This document shows positions 45,304 to 56,119 of a stretch of 64,000 nt of DNA, piece after piece. Each line of letters begins with the position of its first letter. Position 1 is the first letter of the stretch. The stretch comes from an uncultured bacterium (lineage in GTDB: Bacteria; Krumholzibacteriota; Krumholzibacteriia; LZORAL124-64-63). Location: the NCBI GenBank assembly GCA_963727525.1, contig CAVSGO010000006.1, positions 146,828 to 210,827 on the forward strand, written 5' to 3'. Both the position numbers and the translations under genes were made by a program. Below the pieces are notes generated by a model. The model was not told the origin of the DNA. It did not search any database and was given only the letters and a program-made list of their open reading frames with translations.

Positions 45304-47088
45304 ATGCGATCGACCGCCACGCGCATCGTCCGGTTCCTGCGGCACTGGCGGCTGCGGCCACGGGTGCTGAGCCTGCTGGCCATCCGCATCTGGTTGCTCG
45401 AGAAGTTCCGGATCTCCGATACGCAGCGGGTGCTGTTCTGGGCCGGCGTGGTGGGCGTGCTCGGCGGCCTGGCCACGATCGCTCTGCGCGACGCCATGGA
45501 ACTGCTGCACCACCTGCTCACCCGGCAACCGGGCGGGCTGGTGGAGTCGTTCGCGCGCATGCCCCAGTGGCGGCGCCTGGTCGTGCCCATCGTCGGTGGC
45601 GCGCTCGCGGGAGGCGCGATCCACTTCGGCCGCTGGCTGGGCGAGAGCCGCAACACCACCGACTACATGGAGGCTGTGGCTCTCGGCAAAGGGTCGCTCT
45701 CGTTCCGCCGCAGTGTGGTGAAGATCGTCTCCGCCGCATTCTCCGTGGCCTCGGGCGCGTCGATCGGCCGTGAGGGCCCGCTGGTGCAGCTCTCGGCACT
45801 GGTGGCGTCGCTGGTGGGCAAGTTCCGCAACTGGTCGGCACCACGGCGCCGCGTGATCGTGGCGTGCGGTGCCGCGGCCGGCATCGCGTCGGCCTACAAT
45901 GCGCCCATCGCGGGGGCGCTCTTCGTGTCGGAGATCATGCTGCGCTCGATCTCCATGGAGACCCTCGGCCCCCTCGTGTTCTCGTCGGTGATCGCGACGC
46001 AGGTGGTACGCCACTACCGCGGCGAAGGCCCGCTCTACGCCATCCCGGCGTTCAGCCTGGCCACCGGCTGGGAACTGGTGCTCTACCTCGCCCTCGGCGT
46101 GGTGTGCGGCCTGCTGGCACCTTTCTACCTGCGTTTTCTGCGTGCGAGCGAGTCGCTCTTCGGCCGCGTCCGTGCACCCGCGTTCGTGCGCCTGGCGCTG
46201 GGCGGTATCGTGGTGGGCGTGATCGCCACGCATTACCCGGAGGTGTGCGGTAACGGCTACAGCGTGGTGGTGTCGATTCTCAACGACGCGTGGGTGTGGC
46301 AAACGCTGCTCGTGGTCCTGGTGCTCAAGGTGGTGGCCACCGGCGCCACGTTCGGTTCCGGTGCCGTGGGCGGCGTGTTCACGCCCACGCTGTTCACTGG
46401 CGCGGGCATCGGTTACCTCTTCGCGGCGACGTGCGGGGCGTTCTGGCCCGGGCCGCCGCTGGGGCCGGGCGCGTACGCGCTCGCCGGCATGGGTATGTTC
46501 ATCGCGGCCACCACGCGGGCGCCGCTGATGGCGATCATCATCATCTTCGAGATGACGCTCGATTACCACGTGATCGTGCCGCTGATGATGGGCTGCGTGG
46601 TCGCGTATTACACGGCCAGCGCGATAGAGAGCGAGTCGCTCTACAGCCACGCCCTGGCGCGCAAGGCGGGCGTCGACGTGCAGTACGAGCTGGCCACGCT
46701 TCTGGTGTGCGACCTCATGAAGACCGACCGCATCTTCGTGCGCCTCGGTTCGCGCTTCGCCGAGATCGCGCGCCTGTTCATCACTAACAACATCAAGTAC
46801 ATGTACGTGCTCGACGACGAAGACACCTTCCGCGGCGTGGTGCGCCTGCAGGACACGAAGGCCTACCTCAGCACGCCTGGCCTGGCCGACGTCGTCATCG
46901 CTCTCGACCTGATGCAGGAAGCATTCCCGCGCCTGGCGCCCGACAGCACTCTGAGCGAGGCCCTCGCCACCTTCGCCGCCCACGACGGCGAGAGGTTGCC
47001 CGTGCTCGATGCGGATTCGCAGCGCCTGCTCGGCAGCATCTCGAAGGCCGACGTGCTCTTCGCCCTGGCGCACAGGGCATCGGCGTAG
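45304..47088 (+). CDS. clcB: ClcB-like chloride channel with CBS domains
   Basis: DYMEAV, SIGREGP, YNAPIAGALFVSE, GGVFTPTLF; two CBS domains. Confidence 0.88.
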   Translation: MRSTATRIVRFLRHWRLRPRVLSLLAIRIWLLEKFRISDTQRVLFWAGVVGVLGGLATIALRDAMELLHHLLTRQPGGLVESFARMPQWRRLVVPIVGGALAGGAIHFGRWLGESRNTTDYMEAVALGKGSLSFRRSVVKIVSAAFSVASGASIGREGPLVQLSALVASLVGKFRNWSAPRRRVIVACGAAAGIASAYNAPIAGALFVSEIMLRSISMETLGPLVFSSVIATQVVRHYRGEGPLYAIPAFSLATGWELVLYLALGVVCGLLAPFYLRFLRASESLFGRVRAPAFVRLALGGIVVGVIATHYPEVCGNGYSVVVSILNDAWVWQTLLVVLVLKVVATGATFGSGAVGGVFTPTLFTGAGIGYLFAATCGAFWPGPPLGPGAYALAGMGMFIAATTRAPLMAIIIIFEMTLDYHVIVPLMMGCVVAYYTASAIESESLYSHALARKAGVDVQYELATLLVCDLMKTDRIFVRLGSRFAEIARLFITNNIKYMYVLDDEDTFRGVVRLQDTKAYLSTPGLADVVIALDLMQEAFPRLAPDSTLSEALATFAAHDGERLPVLDADSQRLLGSISKADVLFALAHRASA

Positions 47089-47169
47089 TCGATCCTGGCC
47101 CGCATGGCGTGATCGCGCTATGCTCCGCGGGTTCATCCCCGACGTTGTCCTGCCCCCGGGAGGCCTCGC

Positions 47170-49734
47170 ATGTCTTCGCGCTTTGTCGCCATTTGCCTCG
47201 CTGTCACCCTTGGTTTACCCATTGTTTCCCTGGCGGCCGACGACGCGGTTGTCGCGCTCGACGCGCTCGTCATCGGGCCGTTCCCGGCGGCGCCGGCTCT
47301 GGTGGCCACGCCCCACGTGCCGGGCGATCAGGAACTCGTGCCCGAGATCGATCCCACGGGGTGGATGCCGGAGGAAGGCGACAAGGTGCCGGCGGCGCCG
47401 GGCCACGAGCTGACGTGGCGCAAGGTGGGCGCAGCTGATGGTGGCTTCGCGCTTCCCGATTCGGGCGTGTACTGGTTAGCGGCACGGCTGCAGAGCGATC
47501 GCTGGTCGGAGGTGACGCTGAAGGCCGACGGTGGTTGCGCCATCTACGCCGACGGTACCAAGGTCGCGGCCAACGTGCCGGGAGAACCGGGCGATGACGT
47601 GGAGGGCGACGTCGGTGCCGGCACCGGGGCGCGCTTCGTGTTCGTGCGGGCGTCGGCTGGCAAGGATGGCGGCCACGTGACCCTGAGTGCCACCGGCGAC
47701 GCGACGCTGAGCTGGACGCTCGACGCGCAGCTCGGCCTCAGCGGGATCGACCGGGCGCGCCGGATTGCGATGATCGGCAACCTGGCCGTGTCGCCCAAGG
47801 GAGCGCTCGTGGCCAGGCGGCTGTCGCGTCGGAAGCCGACCGGCGAGGGCTGGCAGCGCGACGTGTCGGTCTTCGCCAGCGACGGCGGCCTGGTGGCCAG
47901 CGATCTCGGCGGAGCGGGTGCGCGGCCCGAGGCCTTCTCGCCCGACGGGCGCCAGCTCCTGTTGCGCCGCAGCGACGGCGGCAACACCGATCTCGTGCTC
48001 TGGACGGCGCCGCTCGGACCGGTGCGCACCGTCGTCGAGGACGAACCCGGCCTGGGTATCGTGCGTTTCTCACCGGACGGGCACTGGCTGCTTATCGCGT
48101 CGACGCGCGGTTTCGACGCGAAGTCCGTCGCCGAGGATCAGGCGCATCGCTGGGACACGCTGGGTCAACGTCTCACTGACTGGGACCCGCTCACGCATCT
48201 GCACCTCGTGAACGTGGCCACAGGCGCGCGCCGGGTGCTCACCCAGCCCGGCGACTGGACGCTCGACGGCGCGGCGTGGCTGCCCGACGGCAAGGCGATC
48301 ATCTACGGGCGCACGCAGCCGCAACCGGAGCGGCCGTGGTTCACGTCGGAGATTCACCGCATCGACCTCGCCACCGGCGACGACACCGTCGTCGCCACCT
48401 TCACCGGTGGCTGGGAGGTGCGGCCGCAGGCGTTCGCGCCGCATCCCGACGGCCGGCGCGTGGCCTTCCTCGGTCCGCCCGAGGCGGTGGGCGATGGGCA
48501 CACCGAGCACAACGTCTACGACAAGCAGGTGTGGATGCTCGACCTTGCGACCGGCAAGACCGAGCGCGCCACGTACGGGTTGCGTGATACCTTCGCCGGT
48601 GGCGGCGGTCTGCCCGCGTGGGAGCCGCGGGGCCGCTGGCTCGTGGTCCCGGCCACGGCCGGTTCACGGGACGTGCTCGTCCAGCTCGAACCCGACGGCG
48701 CGCATTGGAAAGCAACAGAGGTGGCAACCGAGGGCGTGACCGGCGAGGGATGGGCCCTCAGCCCCGACGCCGTGGCCGTGGCGTACACCGCGAGCGGCCT
48801 CGCGCAACCGCCGTCCCTCTGCCTGCAGACGCTCGGCGGCCGTGCGCGGGTGATCGAGGCGCCCAATGCCGCCCTGACGCAACGCTGGCGCCTGGCCGCG
48901 ACGTCCGACGCGTCGTTCACCGGGCCAGGCGGCGAGACCATCGAGGCCTGGTGGTACCGCCCGAGCACGGCAGCGGCCGGCGTCTTCGACCAGCCGGCGC
49001 AGGGGAACGCCGGCAGCGTGCCGCTCATCGTCTATTACTACGGCGGTGCTTCACCCACCATCCGCGGTTTCAATCCCACGCACCAGTTCTGGGCGGCCAA
49101 CGGCTACGCGGTGCTCGTGATCAACCCGCGCGGCGCGTTCGGCTACGGAGACGCATTCGCCGACGCGCACGCCGGCGATTGGGGTACCGAGGCCGGCGCC
49201 GACATCGTGGCCGGTACCGAGGCTCTGCTCGCGCGCTTCCCGCAACTCGACCGCAAGGCCGTGGGCTGCTACGGCGGCAGCTACGGCGGCTTCATGACGA
49301 TGTACCTGGTGAGCCACAGCGACCTCTTCGCTGCAGCCGTCGCCATGTACGGCATCGCCGACCTCGTCACCTACTGGGGGCAGGGCGCCTGGGGCATCAC
49401 CTACGGTGACATGGCGCTCGGCGGCCGCACGCCGTGGGGCGATGCCTCGTACTTCACGCAGCACTCGCCGGTGTACGCGGCCGACCGCATCCACACGCCG
49501 CTGCTGATGCTGCACGGCGCGAGCGATACGAACGTGACTCCGGGCAACTCCGAGGAGATGTTCGCCGCTCTGAAGGTGCTCGGCCGCGACGTGGACATGG
49601 TGACGTTCCCCGGCGAGAACCATGGCATCGCCGGTACGTGGGCCGACTATACGGGCCATCGCACGATGATGCTCGAGTTCTTCGACCGCTGGCTGAAGCA
49701 GCAGCCGCAGGCGTGGGAACATCGCTGGAAGTGA
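47170..49734 (+). CDS. S9 prolyl oligopeptidase family, secreted
   Basis: Signal peptide; propeller repeats; YGGSYGG (Ser), HGASDTNV (Asp), GENHGI (His). Confidence 0.93.
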   Translation: MSSRFVAICLAVTLGLPIVSLAADDAVVALDALVIGPFPAAPALVATPHVPGDQELVPEIDPTGWMPEEGDKVPAAPGHELTWRKVGAADGGFALPDSGVYWLAARLQSDRWSEVTLKADGGCAIYADGTKVAANVPGEPGDDVEGDVGAGTGARFVFVRASAGKDGGHVTLSATGDATLSWTLDAQLGLSGIDRARRIAMIGNLAVSPKGALVARRLSRRKPTGEGWQRDVSVFASDGGLVASDLGGAGARPEAFSPDGRQLLLRRSDGGNTDLVLWTAPLGPVRTVVEDEPGLGIVRFSPDGHWLLIASTRGFDAKSVAEDQAHRWDTLGQRLTDWDPLTHLHLVNVATGARRVLTQPGDWTLDGAAWLPDGKAIIYGRTQPQPERPWFTSEIHRIDLATGDDTVVATFTGGWEVRPQAFAPHPDGRRVAFLGPPEAVGDGHTEHNVYDKQVWMLDLATGKTERATYGLRDTFAGGGGLPAWEPRGRWLVVPATAGSRDVLVQLEPDGAHWKATEVATEGVTGEGWALSPDAVAVAYTASGLAQPPSLCLQTLGGRARVIEAPNAALTQRWRLAATSDASFTGPGGETIEAWWYRPSTAAAGVFDQPAQGNAGSVPLIVYYYGGASPTIRGFNPTHQFWAANGYAVLVINPRGAFGYGDAFADAHAGDWGTEAGADIVAGTEALLARFPQLDRKAVGCYGGSYGGFMTMYLVSHSDLFAAAVAMYGIADLVTYWGQGAWGITYGDMALGGRTPWGDASYFTQHSPVYAADRIHTPLLMLHGASDTNVTPGNSEEMFAALKVLGRDVDMVTFPGENHGIAGTWADYTGHRTMMLEFFDRWLKQQPQAWEHRWK

Positions 49735-50000
49735 TCGTCGTTCTCGGATTCACGGACCGGGGATCGCGACCTCGTTCCCGGTGGATCGACGGCCATTTGG
49801 GCGGGAATCCCGAGGTATTGCCGAAGTTGCGGGGTGTCGATATACTCGTGATCCTGCTGGTGGCCTGAGCAGGCAGGGGGATTGGGGCCGAATCCTAGCG
49901 ACGAGAAGACGCGAACTGTGGCAAGAGTACCGAAACTGGACCACAGCCATCACGAGGCCCTCGTGCGCCGTCGCCCTGGACGACCGCACCGGCATCTCGC

Positions 50001-51641
50001 ATGACCGCGCGCCAGATCTCACCGGTACGCCAAGAGGGCTTCGTCCGCGAGACATTCCGGCACGCCGCCATCTACAGCGGCGCCAACGTCCTCGGCCGCA
50101 TGATCAGCTTCTTCATGCTGCCGTTCTACGCCTACATCCTGCGCGACATCGGCTACGGTGTCATCGGCATGATCGACGCGGGCCTGACTTTCCTGTCCAG
50201 CCTGTTCGCCTACAACTTCCGCGGCGCGATCATCCGCATCTATCACGAGGAGCCCGACCCGGCGCGCAAGCCGATGGCCGTCACCACGGGCATGATCCTC
50301 GAGCTGGCGATCACGGTGCCGGTCATGGGCACGGCGGCGCTGCTGAGCCATCCGATCGCCCACCTGCTGCTCGGCGATTCGTCCTACTGGAACCTGGTCT
50401 GCCTCGCCTTTGCATCGTTCGTGCTGGACATCTTGTCCGGGACCGCTCAGGTCGTCTTCGTCATCCGGCGCAAGTCGATCACGTTCTCCGCGATCAGCCT
50501 CGTGCGGCTGGTGGTCGGCCTGAGTCTGAACATCCTGTTCGTGGTCGTCCTGCGCTGGGACTTGCTGGGGTACTTCGTGGCGGGTCTGGCGACGACCGTG
50601 ATCGGTGCCGTGGTCACGGTCACCGTGGCCCTGCGTGAGTGTGGCGTCGGGCTCGCCTTCGACCGCAAGCTCGCTCGCGATCTGATCAAGTTCCAGCTAC
50701 CGCTCGTGCCCAGCAGCCTGGCGACGTTCGCGTCGCGGCAGGTCGAGCGGATCCTCGTGCGCTTCCAGATCGACATCGCGACCCTCGGTGTCCTGGAGAT
50801 GGGCTACAAGTTCCCCGTGCTGTTGAATATGCTGGTCATCAGACCGTTCATGAACAGCTGGCAGACCAAGCGCACCGAGATCGCCGAGGAGCCTGGCGCG
50901 CCCGAGCGCATCGGCCGCATGTTCGCCTACTTCCTTTTCCTGGCCGCGCTCGGGGGGCTCGTGATCGCAGTCGATATCCGGCTCGTGTTGCAACTCCTGA
51001 CGCCGCCCGAGTTCTGGGGGGCGTTCCGCATCGCCCGCGTCGAGGTTCTCACCACGATCATGATGGGGTGCTACGGCTACCTCCAGTTCGGCCTCTATTA
51101 CGCGAAGAAGACTTCCATCATCGCGCGCACCCGCATCGTCACGGGACTCGCGAAGGTCGGCCTCTCGTACGTCATGATCAGCGTCTGGGGCATCTACGGC
51201 GCTGCTTACTCGGCGCTCGTCATGAACACCGTGCTCACAGTGTGGATCCATTTCCTGTCCAAGCGGTACTACGTGCAGATCATCGAGTGGCGTAAGATCT
51301 TCCTGATCGCAGCCACGGCGGTCATCGTCTTCCTGCTAATCAACCACCTAAAGAATGATACAATAGCCGGCTGGGCCCAGCCGCTGGCGCCGCTGGCGAA
51401 CTCCTGGGTGCAATGGCTGCAGCACACCTGGGTCGGCACCTGGAAGGACGGCAAGGTCATCAGCCTGATCAATGAACGCGGCGACATCGTGCTGGCCATC
51501 GCGGTCAAGACGGTGCTCTGCGCCGTCTTCCTGCTGCTGCTGCCCTTCGTCCACGTGGAGACCCAGCAGCGGATCAGCCGGCGCATCGGGACGTTCGGGG
51601 CGCTCGGGGCGTTAAGGGCGTTCAGGGCGCGCGGCCGCTGA
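50001..51641 (+). CDS. Wzx-like oligosaccharide flippase
   Basis: IYSGANVLGRMISFFMLPFY..L...YG, LIKFQLPL, GIYGAAYS; many TMs. Confidence 0.85.
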   Translation: MTARQISPVRQEGFVRETFRHAAIYSGANVLGRMISFFMLPFYAYILRDIGYGVIGMIDAGLTFLSSLFAYNFRGAIIRIYHEEPDPARKPMAVTTGMILELAITVPVMGTAALLSHPIAHLLLGDSSYWNLVCLAFASFVLDILSGTAQVVFVIRRKSITFSAISLVRLVVGLSLNILFVVVLRWDLLGYFVAGLATTVIGAVVTVTVALRECGVGLAFDRKLARDLIKFQLPLVPSSLATFASRQVERILVRFQIDIATLGVLEMGYKFPVLLNMLVIRPFMNSWQTKRTEIAEEPGAPERIGRMFAYFLFLAALGGLVIAVDIRLVLQLLTPPEFWGAFRIARVEVLTTIMMGCYGYLQFGLYYAKKTSIIARTRIVTGLAKVGLSYVMISVWGIYGAAYSALVMNTVLTVWIHFLSKRYYVQIIEWRKIFLIAATAVIVFLLINHLKNDTIAGWAQPLAPLANSWVQWLQHTWVGTWKDGKVISLINERGDIVLAIAVKTVLCAVFLLLLPFVHVETQQRISRRIGTFGALGALRAFRARGR

Positions 51642-51673
51642 TCAACGATGACTCGAGCCGATCCGCCAGTGGC

Positions 51674-52570
51674 CTATCTGGATCCGAACGCCTCTCCAGC
51701 GATCGGGGTGCCTCTGCGTTCGCGTGCGGCGATGACGCACCCCCAGTCCTCGTCCCACTGCTGCTGAATCGGACCGATGTCGAGCCACGGCTCGCGACCG
51801 GGTCGATTGGGAAGCCAGGCGAGCCGCTGCTGGCAAAGCCCGCGGGGATCGAGGTGCAGGTGCTGGAACAGCCGGTTATTGAGCGTTGGCACGAACCGTA
51901 GGCGACGCAGCCCACCATCGAGTTGATTGAGCTGGCGCAGGATGCGCGCCTGCTGGCGACCCACGCCGACGTTGACGGGTGTGGAGATCAGATCGTCGTC
52001 GGCGCCCGGCGGCACACGGAGGAACGTCCGGAGGTCGCGAATGAAGCGCGGCAGGTTATCCCTGATCTCCTCCTGGGTGTAGACGAAGACTCGATCCCCG
52101 AACAGTCGGCCGAGCAGCTCCAGCCGCGCCGAGAAGGACAGATCGGCCGGCTGCAAGAGACTGCCCGACCGCTCCGGGTCGAAGACGGCACGGATATCCT
52201 CGGTCCCGCCCTCGTGCAGGTACTGCCTGTAGATCGAGGAAATCAGGTCCGCATGGGCGCGAAACCCGATGATGATCCCCGCCTCGGGGAACATGTGTGC
52301 CAGTCCCGCCATGTTGACGCGGAATTGACCGAACCAGTCGCGCTCGTACGGGATGCCCGAAATGCCCTCGTCGCTCACGAGAAGTGTCCCCTGCGATTCG
52401 GCCGCGGGCAACACGGTCCGCACTCGCGCTGGTGGAGGCACGAACGCGACCTCGGTAAGCCCGGGAAACACGCGCCGCTGGAGAAAGGTCGTGGCGGTCT
52501 TGTGGAGGCCGACGTGAAATATGGTCTGCAATCCTGGCACCGTGTTACCCCCGCGCGAACCCGAGGTCAT
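51674..52570 (-). CDS. Sulfotransferase-like protein
   Basis: HVGLHKTATTFLQ (PAPS 5'-PSB-like), LVSDEGIS, SIYRQY. Start may be GTG52540. Confidence 0.75.
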   Translation of the reverse strand: MTSGSRGGNTVPGLQTIFHVGLHKTATTFLQRRVFPGLTEVAFVPPPARVRTVLPAAESQGTLLVSDEGISGIPYERDWFGQFRVNMAGLAHMFPEAGIIIGFRAHADLISSIYRQYLHEGGTEDIRAVFDPERSGSLLQPADLSFSARLELLGRLFGDRVFVYTQEEIRDNLPRFIRDLRTFLRVPPGADDDLISTPVNVGVGRQQARILRQLNQLDGGLRRLRFVPTLNNRLFQHLHLDPRGLCQQRLAWLPNRPGREPWLDIGPIQQQWDEDWGCVIAARERRGTPIAGEAFGSR

Positions 52571-52768
52571 GTGTCTCCGGGTCGATCGTCCGGGCGGGCA
52601 CGGCGCAACACGTCATACGCCGCCGATTCGCCCATATTACGCGAGACGGCAGGGGGCTGCCAGGCGCGATGGCGGCGCCCGAGGCGCGACTTTGACTGCG
52701 AGCGGCTTCACGGGTAGCATGTGGTGCCCGCCCACGCGTTGACAGTGCCTCTGATGGCGGAGAGAGTC

Positions 52769-54019
52769 GTGAACCCTGTCGACCACATGCTCCAGCCGTG
52801 TTTGCCCTGTCCGCCCGGACGCCGCCGGCGACCGTCCCGCCGCACGCTACTGCTCGCGGCCCTGCTCGCACTCATCGTCTTGTCCGGGGGGTGTGGACGC
52901 GGGTCGGTCGCGGAGTTCAGTCCCGGTCAGCTCACCGAGCAGACGCTGTTCACCGGCGGAACGGGGGGCTACTTCATCTATCGTGCGCCGGTGCTGCTGG
53001 TCACCGAGGCAGGAACCGTCCTCGCATTTGCCGAGGGTCGCCGTAACAGCCGACGCGACAACGGCGATATCGACTTCCTGCTGCGTCGATCGCAGGACGG
53101 TGGACAAACCTGGTCGCCGCCGCAACTTTTGATCGATTTCGGGCCCGACACGTGCGGCAACCCTGCCGCCGTCCAGGATCGCGACACGGGCACGATCTGG
53201 CTGTTCGTCGTCTGGAACCGCGGCGAGGACGAGGAAAGCGAGATCGTCCGCGGCGAATCCCGCGATACCCGGCGCCCTTATGTGTTCGCGAGTCGCGACG
53301 ACGGCCGGACCTGGTCGCCGCCGCGGGAGATCACGGACGAGGTCAAGAGCTCGGAGATGCGCTGGTACGACATCGGTCCTGGCCGGGCCATCCAGCTGCG
53401 CTACGGTCCTCATCGTGGTCGTTTGCTCGTGCCCGGCGACCACAGCTATCCCGTTGCGAACGGGAAGTTCCACGGCGTCGCGGACATGGGCGGCCACGTG
53501 TTCTACAGCGACGATCATGGCGAGACCTGGCACCTGGGCGGGATGATCCGCCCGGGCGCCGCCGAACCACAGCTCGCCGAGCTCGCTGGCGGGCAGGGCC
53601 GGGTCCTCGCGAACCTCAGGTCGTTCGGGCGCAATGGGCACCGCCTCCAGGCGATCAGTGACGACGGCGGCGATACGTGGACCGCGCCGCGTGAGATGAG
53701 ATCCCTCATCGAACCCAGGTGCCAGGGGAGTCTTCTGCGATACTCGTGGCCCCAGGACCCCACCGGCGACCTGCTGCTGTTCACCAATCCGGCCAGCCGC
53801 CAGCGCGAGAACCTCGTGGTGCGTGCGAGTCGCGACGGCGGCCGGACGTGGCCCCGCGGGCTGGTGATCCATCGGGGACCGGCCTCCTACTCCTGCCTTG
53901 CCCGCATGTCCGCCGGTCGCGTGGGCTGCCTCTACGAGGCGGGGGACTCGCGTCTCTACGAGCGGATCGTCCTGGCGACGTTTCCCGTCGCGGCACTCGG
54001 CGGAGACCAGCCGCGCTGA
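52769..54019 (+). CDS. Exo-alpha-sialidase (GH33-like), probable lipoprotein
   Basis: YRAP (FRIP-like), AEGR, five Asp boxes (SxDxGxTW), ASYS; LSGGC lipobox-like. Start uncertain (52721/52769/52787). Confidence 0.88.
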   Translation: MNPVDHMLQPCLPCPPGRRRRPSRRTLLLAALLALIVLSGGCGRGSVAEFSPGQLTEQTLFTGGTGGYFIYRAPVLLVTEAGTVLAFAEGRRNSRRDNGDIDFLLRRSQDGGQTWSPPQLLIDFGPDTCGNPAAVQDRDTGTIWLFVVWNRGEDEESEIVRGESRDTRRPYVFASRDDGRTWSPPREITDEVKSSEMRWYDIGPGRAIQLRYGPHRGRLLVPGDHSYPVANGKFHGVADMGGHVFYSDDHGETWHLGGMIRPGAAEPQLAELAGGQGRVLANLRSFGRNGHRLQAISDDGGDTWTAPREMRSLIEPRCQGSLLRYSWPQDPTGDLLLFTNPASRQRENLVVRASRDGGRTWPRGLVIHRGPASYSCLARMSAGRVGCLYEAGDSRLYERIVLATFPVAALGGDQPR

Positions 54020-54161
54020 CGGCCTCGTGATCCAGCCCTTTTTCGTGGGCCCACGAGTTGCAAGAGTGTGGGCGTGCACCCTGCCCTGAGGAAATCATGA
54101 GGCTGGGTGAGGAAGATCCGGAAGGGCCACGGCAGGCGGAATGACATAGGGGAACTGCACC

Positions 54162-54770
54162 ATGCGTATCATCGTTGCAAAGCTCAATGCTGTTACCGCC
54201 CGGTTGCGTGGACCGCGGCTCGTGACGGCCCCCGGCTCCACATTCCAGGTGGGTCGGAAGAGTCCCCAGTACCGCAACAAGCAACTCGCCAATGCCAACC
54301 GTCTGCTCGAGATGGGCGAGTTCGAGACGGCCGAGCCGATCCTGCGCCGACTCGTGCAGGAGAAGCCGCGCGAGGCGGAGTTCCTGGCGAGTCTCGCAAT
54401 CTGCGTCGCGCAGAGCCAGGGCCGCTACGTCAGCGCCGAGAAGCTGGCGGAGAAGGCCCGGCGGCTCTCGCCCGACCAGGCCTGCGGTTGGTTCGCGCTG
54501 GGGTACATCAACCTGCTGGGATCGCGGCTCGAGCGCGGTCACTACTTCCTGAGCGAGAGCCGCAAGCGCGACCCGCGCGACCCGCGAGTCCGCTACGGCC
54601 TGGATGCGTGGCAACGGCGTCGGCCGCCGGTGATCGCCGACCTGGCGCACGATCACATCGTGAACCGACTGCTCGGCGGCATCCGGCGCATCTTCACCGA
54701 TCGCCGGGTGATGCTGGCGAGCGCGGGGTGGTTGGCGTACCAGCTCATGGCGCTGGTCATGATTCGCTGA
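54162..54770 (+). CDS. TPR-like protein with C-terminal membrane anchor
   Basis: Helical repeats (AEPILRRLV, WFALGYINL); hydrophobic C-terminus. Confidence 0.55.
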   Translation: MRIIVAKLNAVTARLRGPRLVTAPGSTFQVGRKSPQYRNKQLANANRLLEMGEFETAEPILRRLVQEKPREAEFLASLAICVAQSQGRYVSAEKLAEKARRLSPDQACGWFALGYINLLGSRLERGHYFLSESRKRDPRDPRVRYGLDAWQRRRPPVIADLAHDHIVNRLLGGIRRIFTDRRVMLASAGWLAYQLMALVMIR

Positions 54771-54825
54771 GTCGGGCTTGCCGGCCGGCAGCAACGGTGC
54801 GAAGCTGGCGGCGAGGAGGTTCGTC

Positions 54826-55551
54826 ATGCCCGACCGGCACCCGTTCGCCGCCCTGGTCCTCGGAATCTGCCTGATCGCCGCCGCGGCGATCCTGGCGACG
54901 ACGTGGCGCGGCAACGTCAAGATCGCCCAGACGCTCGACGTCGTCGGTTCGGCCAAGATGGACCTGATGTCCGATCTGGGCCGCCTCACCTGCAGCCTGC
55001 AGGCCAGTGGCAGCACCGCCGAGGCCGCGTATACCGCGTTGCAGGGGCAGATCCCCATCCTGACCGAATACCTCGCGGGCATGGGTCTCACCGGCGACGC
55101 CATCGAGCCGTCGCCGATCAATACCTGGACCGTCGACGAATTCGACAGCAACGGTCGGCCCACCGGTCGCGTGCTGTCGTACGAGGCGCAGCAGCAGTTC
55201 GTGGTGGAATCGAAGGATGTCGACCTGATCAAGCGCGTCTCCCTCGACCTGGCCAGCCTCGTGACCAAGGGCGTGGATATCCACACCCAGTCCCCCGAGT
55301 ACCTCTACCTGGAACTCTCCGACGTGAAGGTGGAGGTGCAAGCCCTCGCCGCCAAGGACGCCATGGAACGCGCCCGCCGCATCGCCGAGGCCAGCGGCGC
55401 GAAGATCGGGCCGATCCGCGACGCCACCGTGGGGGTGTTGCAGATCACGCCTCAGCATTCGACGATGGTGTCGGATTACGGGATCAACGACAACTCGTCG
55501 ATCGAGAAGCAGATCACCGCCGTGGTGCATGCGAAGTTCGCGATCCAGTAG
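54826..55551 (+). CDS. SIMPL (DUF541) domain protein
   Basis: LDVVGSAKMDLMSD, KDAMERARRIA, GVLQITP, SIEKQITAVV; GAGGAGG RBS. Confidence 0.9.
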   Translation: MPDRHPFAALVLGICLIAAAAILATTWRGNVKIAQTLDVVGSAKMDLMSDLGRLTCSLQASGSTAEAAYTALQGQIPILTEYLAGMGLTGDAIEPSPINTWTVDEFDSNGRPTGRVLSYEAQQQFVVESKDVDLIKRVSLDLASLVTKGVDIHTQSPEYLYLELSDVKVEVQALAAKDAMERARRIAEASGAKIGPIRDATVGVLQITPQHSTMVSDYGINDNSSIEKQITAVVHAKFAIQ

Positions 55552-55635
55552 GGGCGGATTCGACGTAGTTGCGCGCAAAGATTCGTCGTCCGCGCGCGAT
55601 GTCCCGCCGCACGGCCTCGAGAAAACCACCCTGGA

Positions 55636-56070
55636 CTAGGGACGCGTGAAGTCACACAGCGGTGGTGACGTCGTTTCCTCGCGCAGCAAATCCTCGATGG
55701 ACGATCCCGCGAACGCGATTTCCATGGCTTCGGCCGCCATGTCGAGGCGTCGGTGCAGCGGGCAAAGCGTCGTGCCGTGGCTCGTCAGACCCAGGGGGCA
55801 GCTGTGGATGCGGCGGATGGGATCCACCGCATTGACCACATCGAGCACCGAGATCTCCGCCGGCGGCCGGGCGATGCGGAAACCGCCACCGCGCCCGGGG
55901 GCGGACGTCACCAGGCCGGCTCGGGCCAACTTCTGCAACACCTTCGCGAGATAGCCGGCCGGCACCTGGGATACCCGGGCGATCTCAGGCGTGCCGTGGG
56001 GGGCGTCCGATGCCGAAGCCAGCCAGACCACGGCTCTCAGGGCATATTCGGCAGTTTGGGAGATCATCAT
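55636..56070 (-). CDS. Rrf2 family transcriptional regulator
   Basis: MISQTAEYALRAV, YLAKVLQKL..AGLV.S..GRGGGF; C-x11-C-x2-H. Confidence 0.92.
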   Translation of the reverse strand: MMISQTAEYALRAVVWLASASDAPHGTPEIARVSQVPAGYLAKVLQKLARAGLVTSAPGRGGGFRIARPPAEISVLDVVNAVDPIRRIHSCPLGLTSHGTTLCPLHRRLDMAAEAMEIAFAGSSIEDLLREETTSPPLCDFTRP

Positions 56071-56119
56071 CCGGAGGTCCCTTCTCTCGCGATCCTGCCT
56101 CACAAGATCCACAAAAAGG

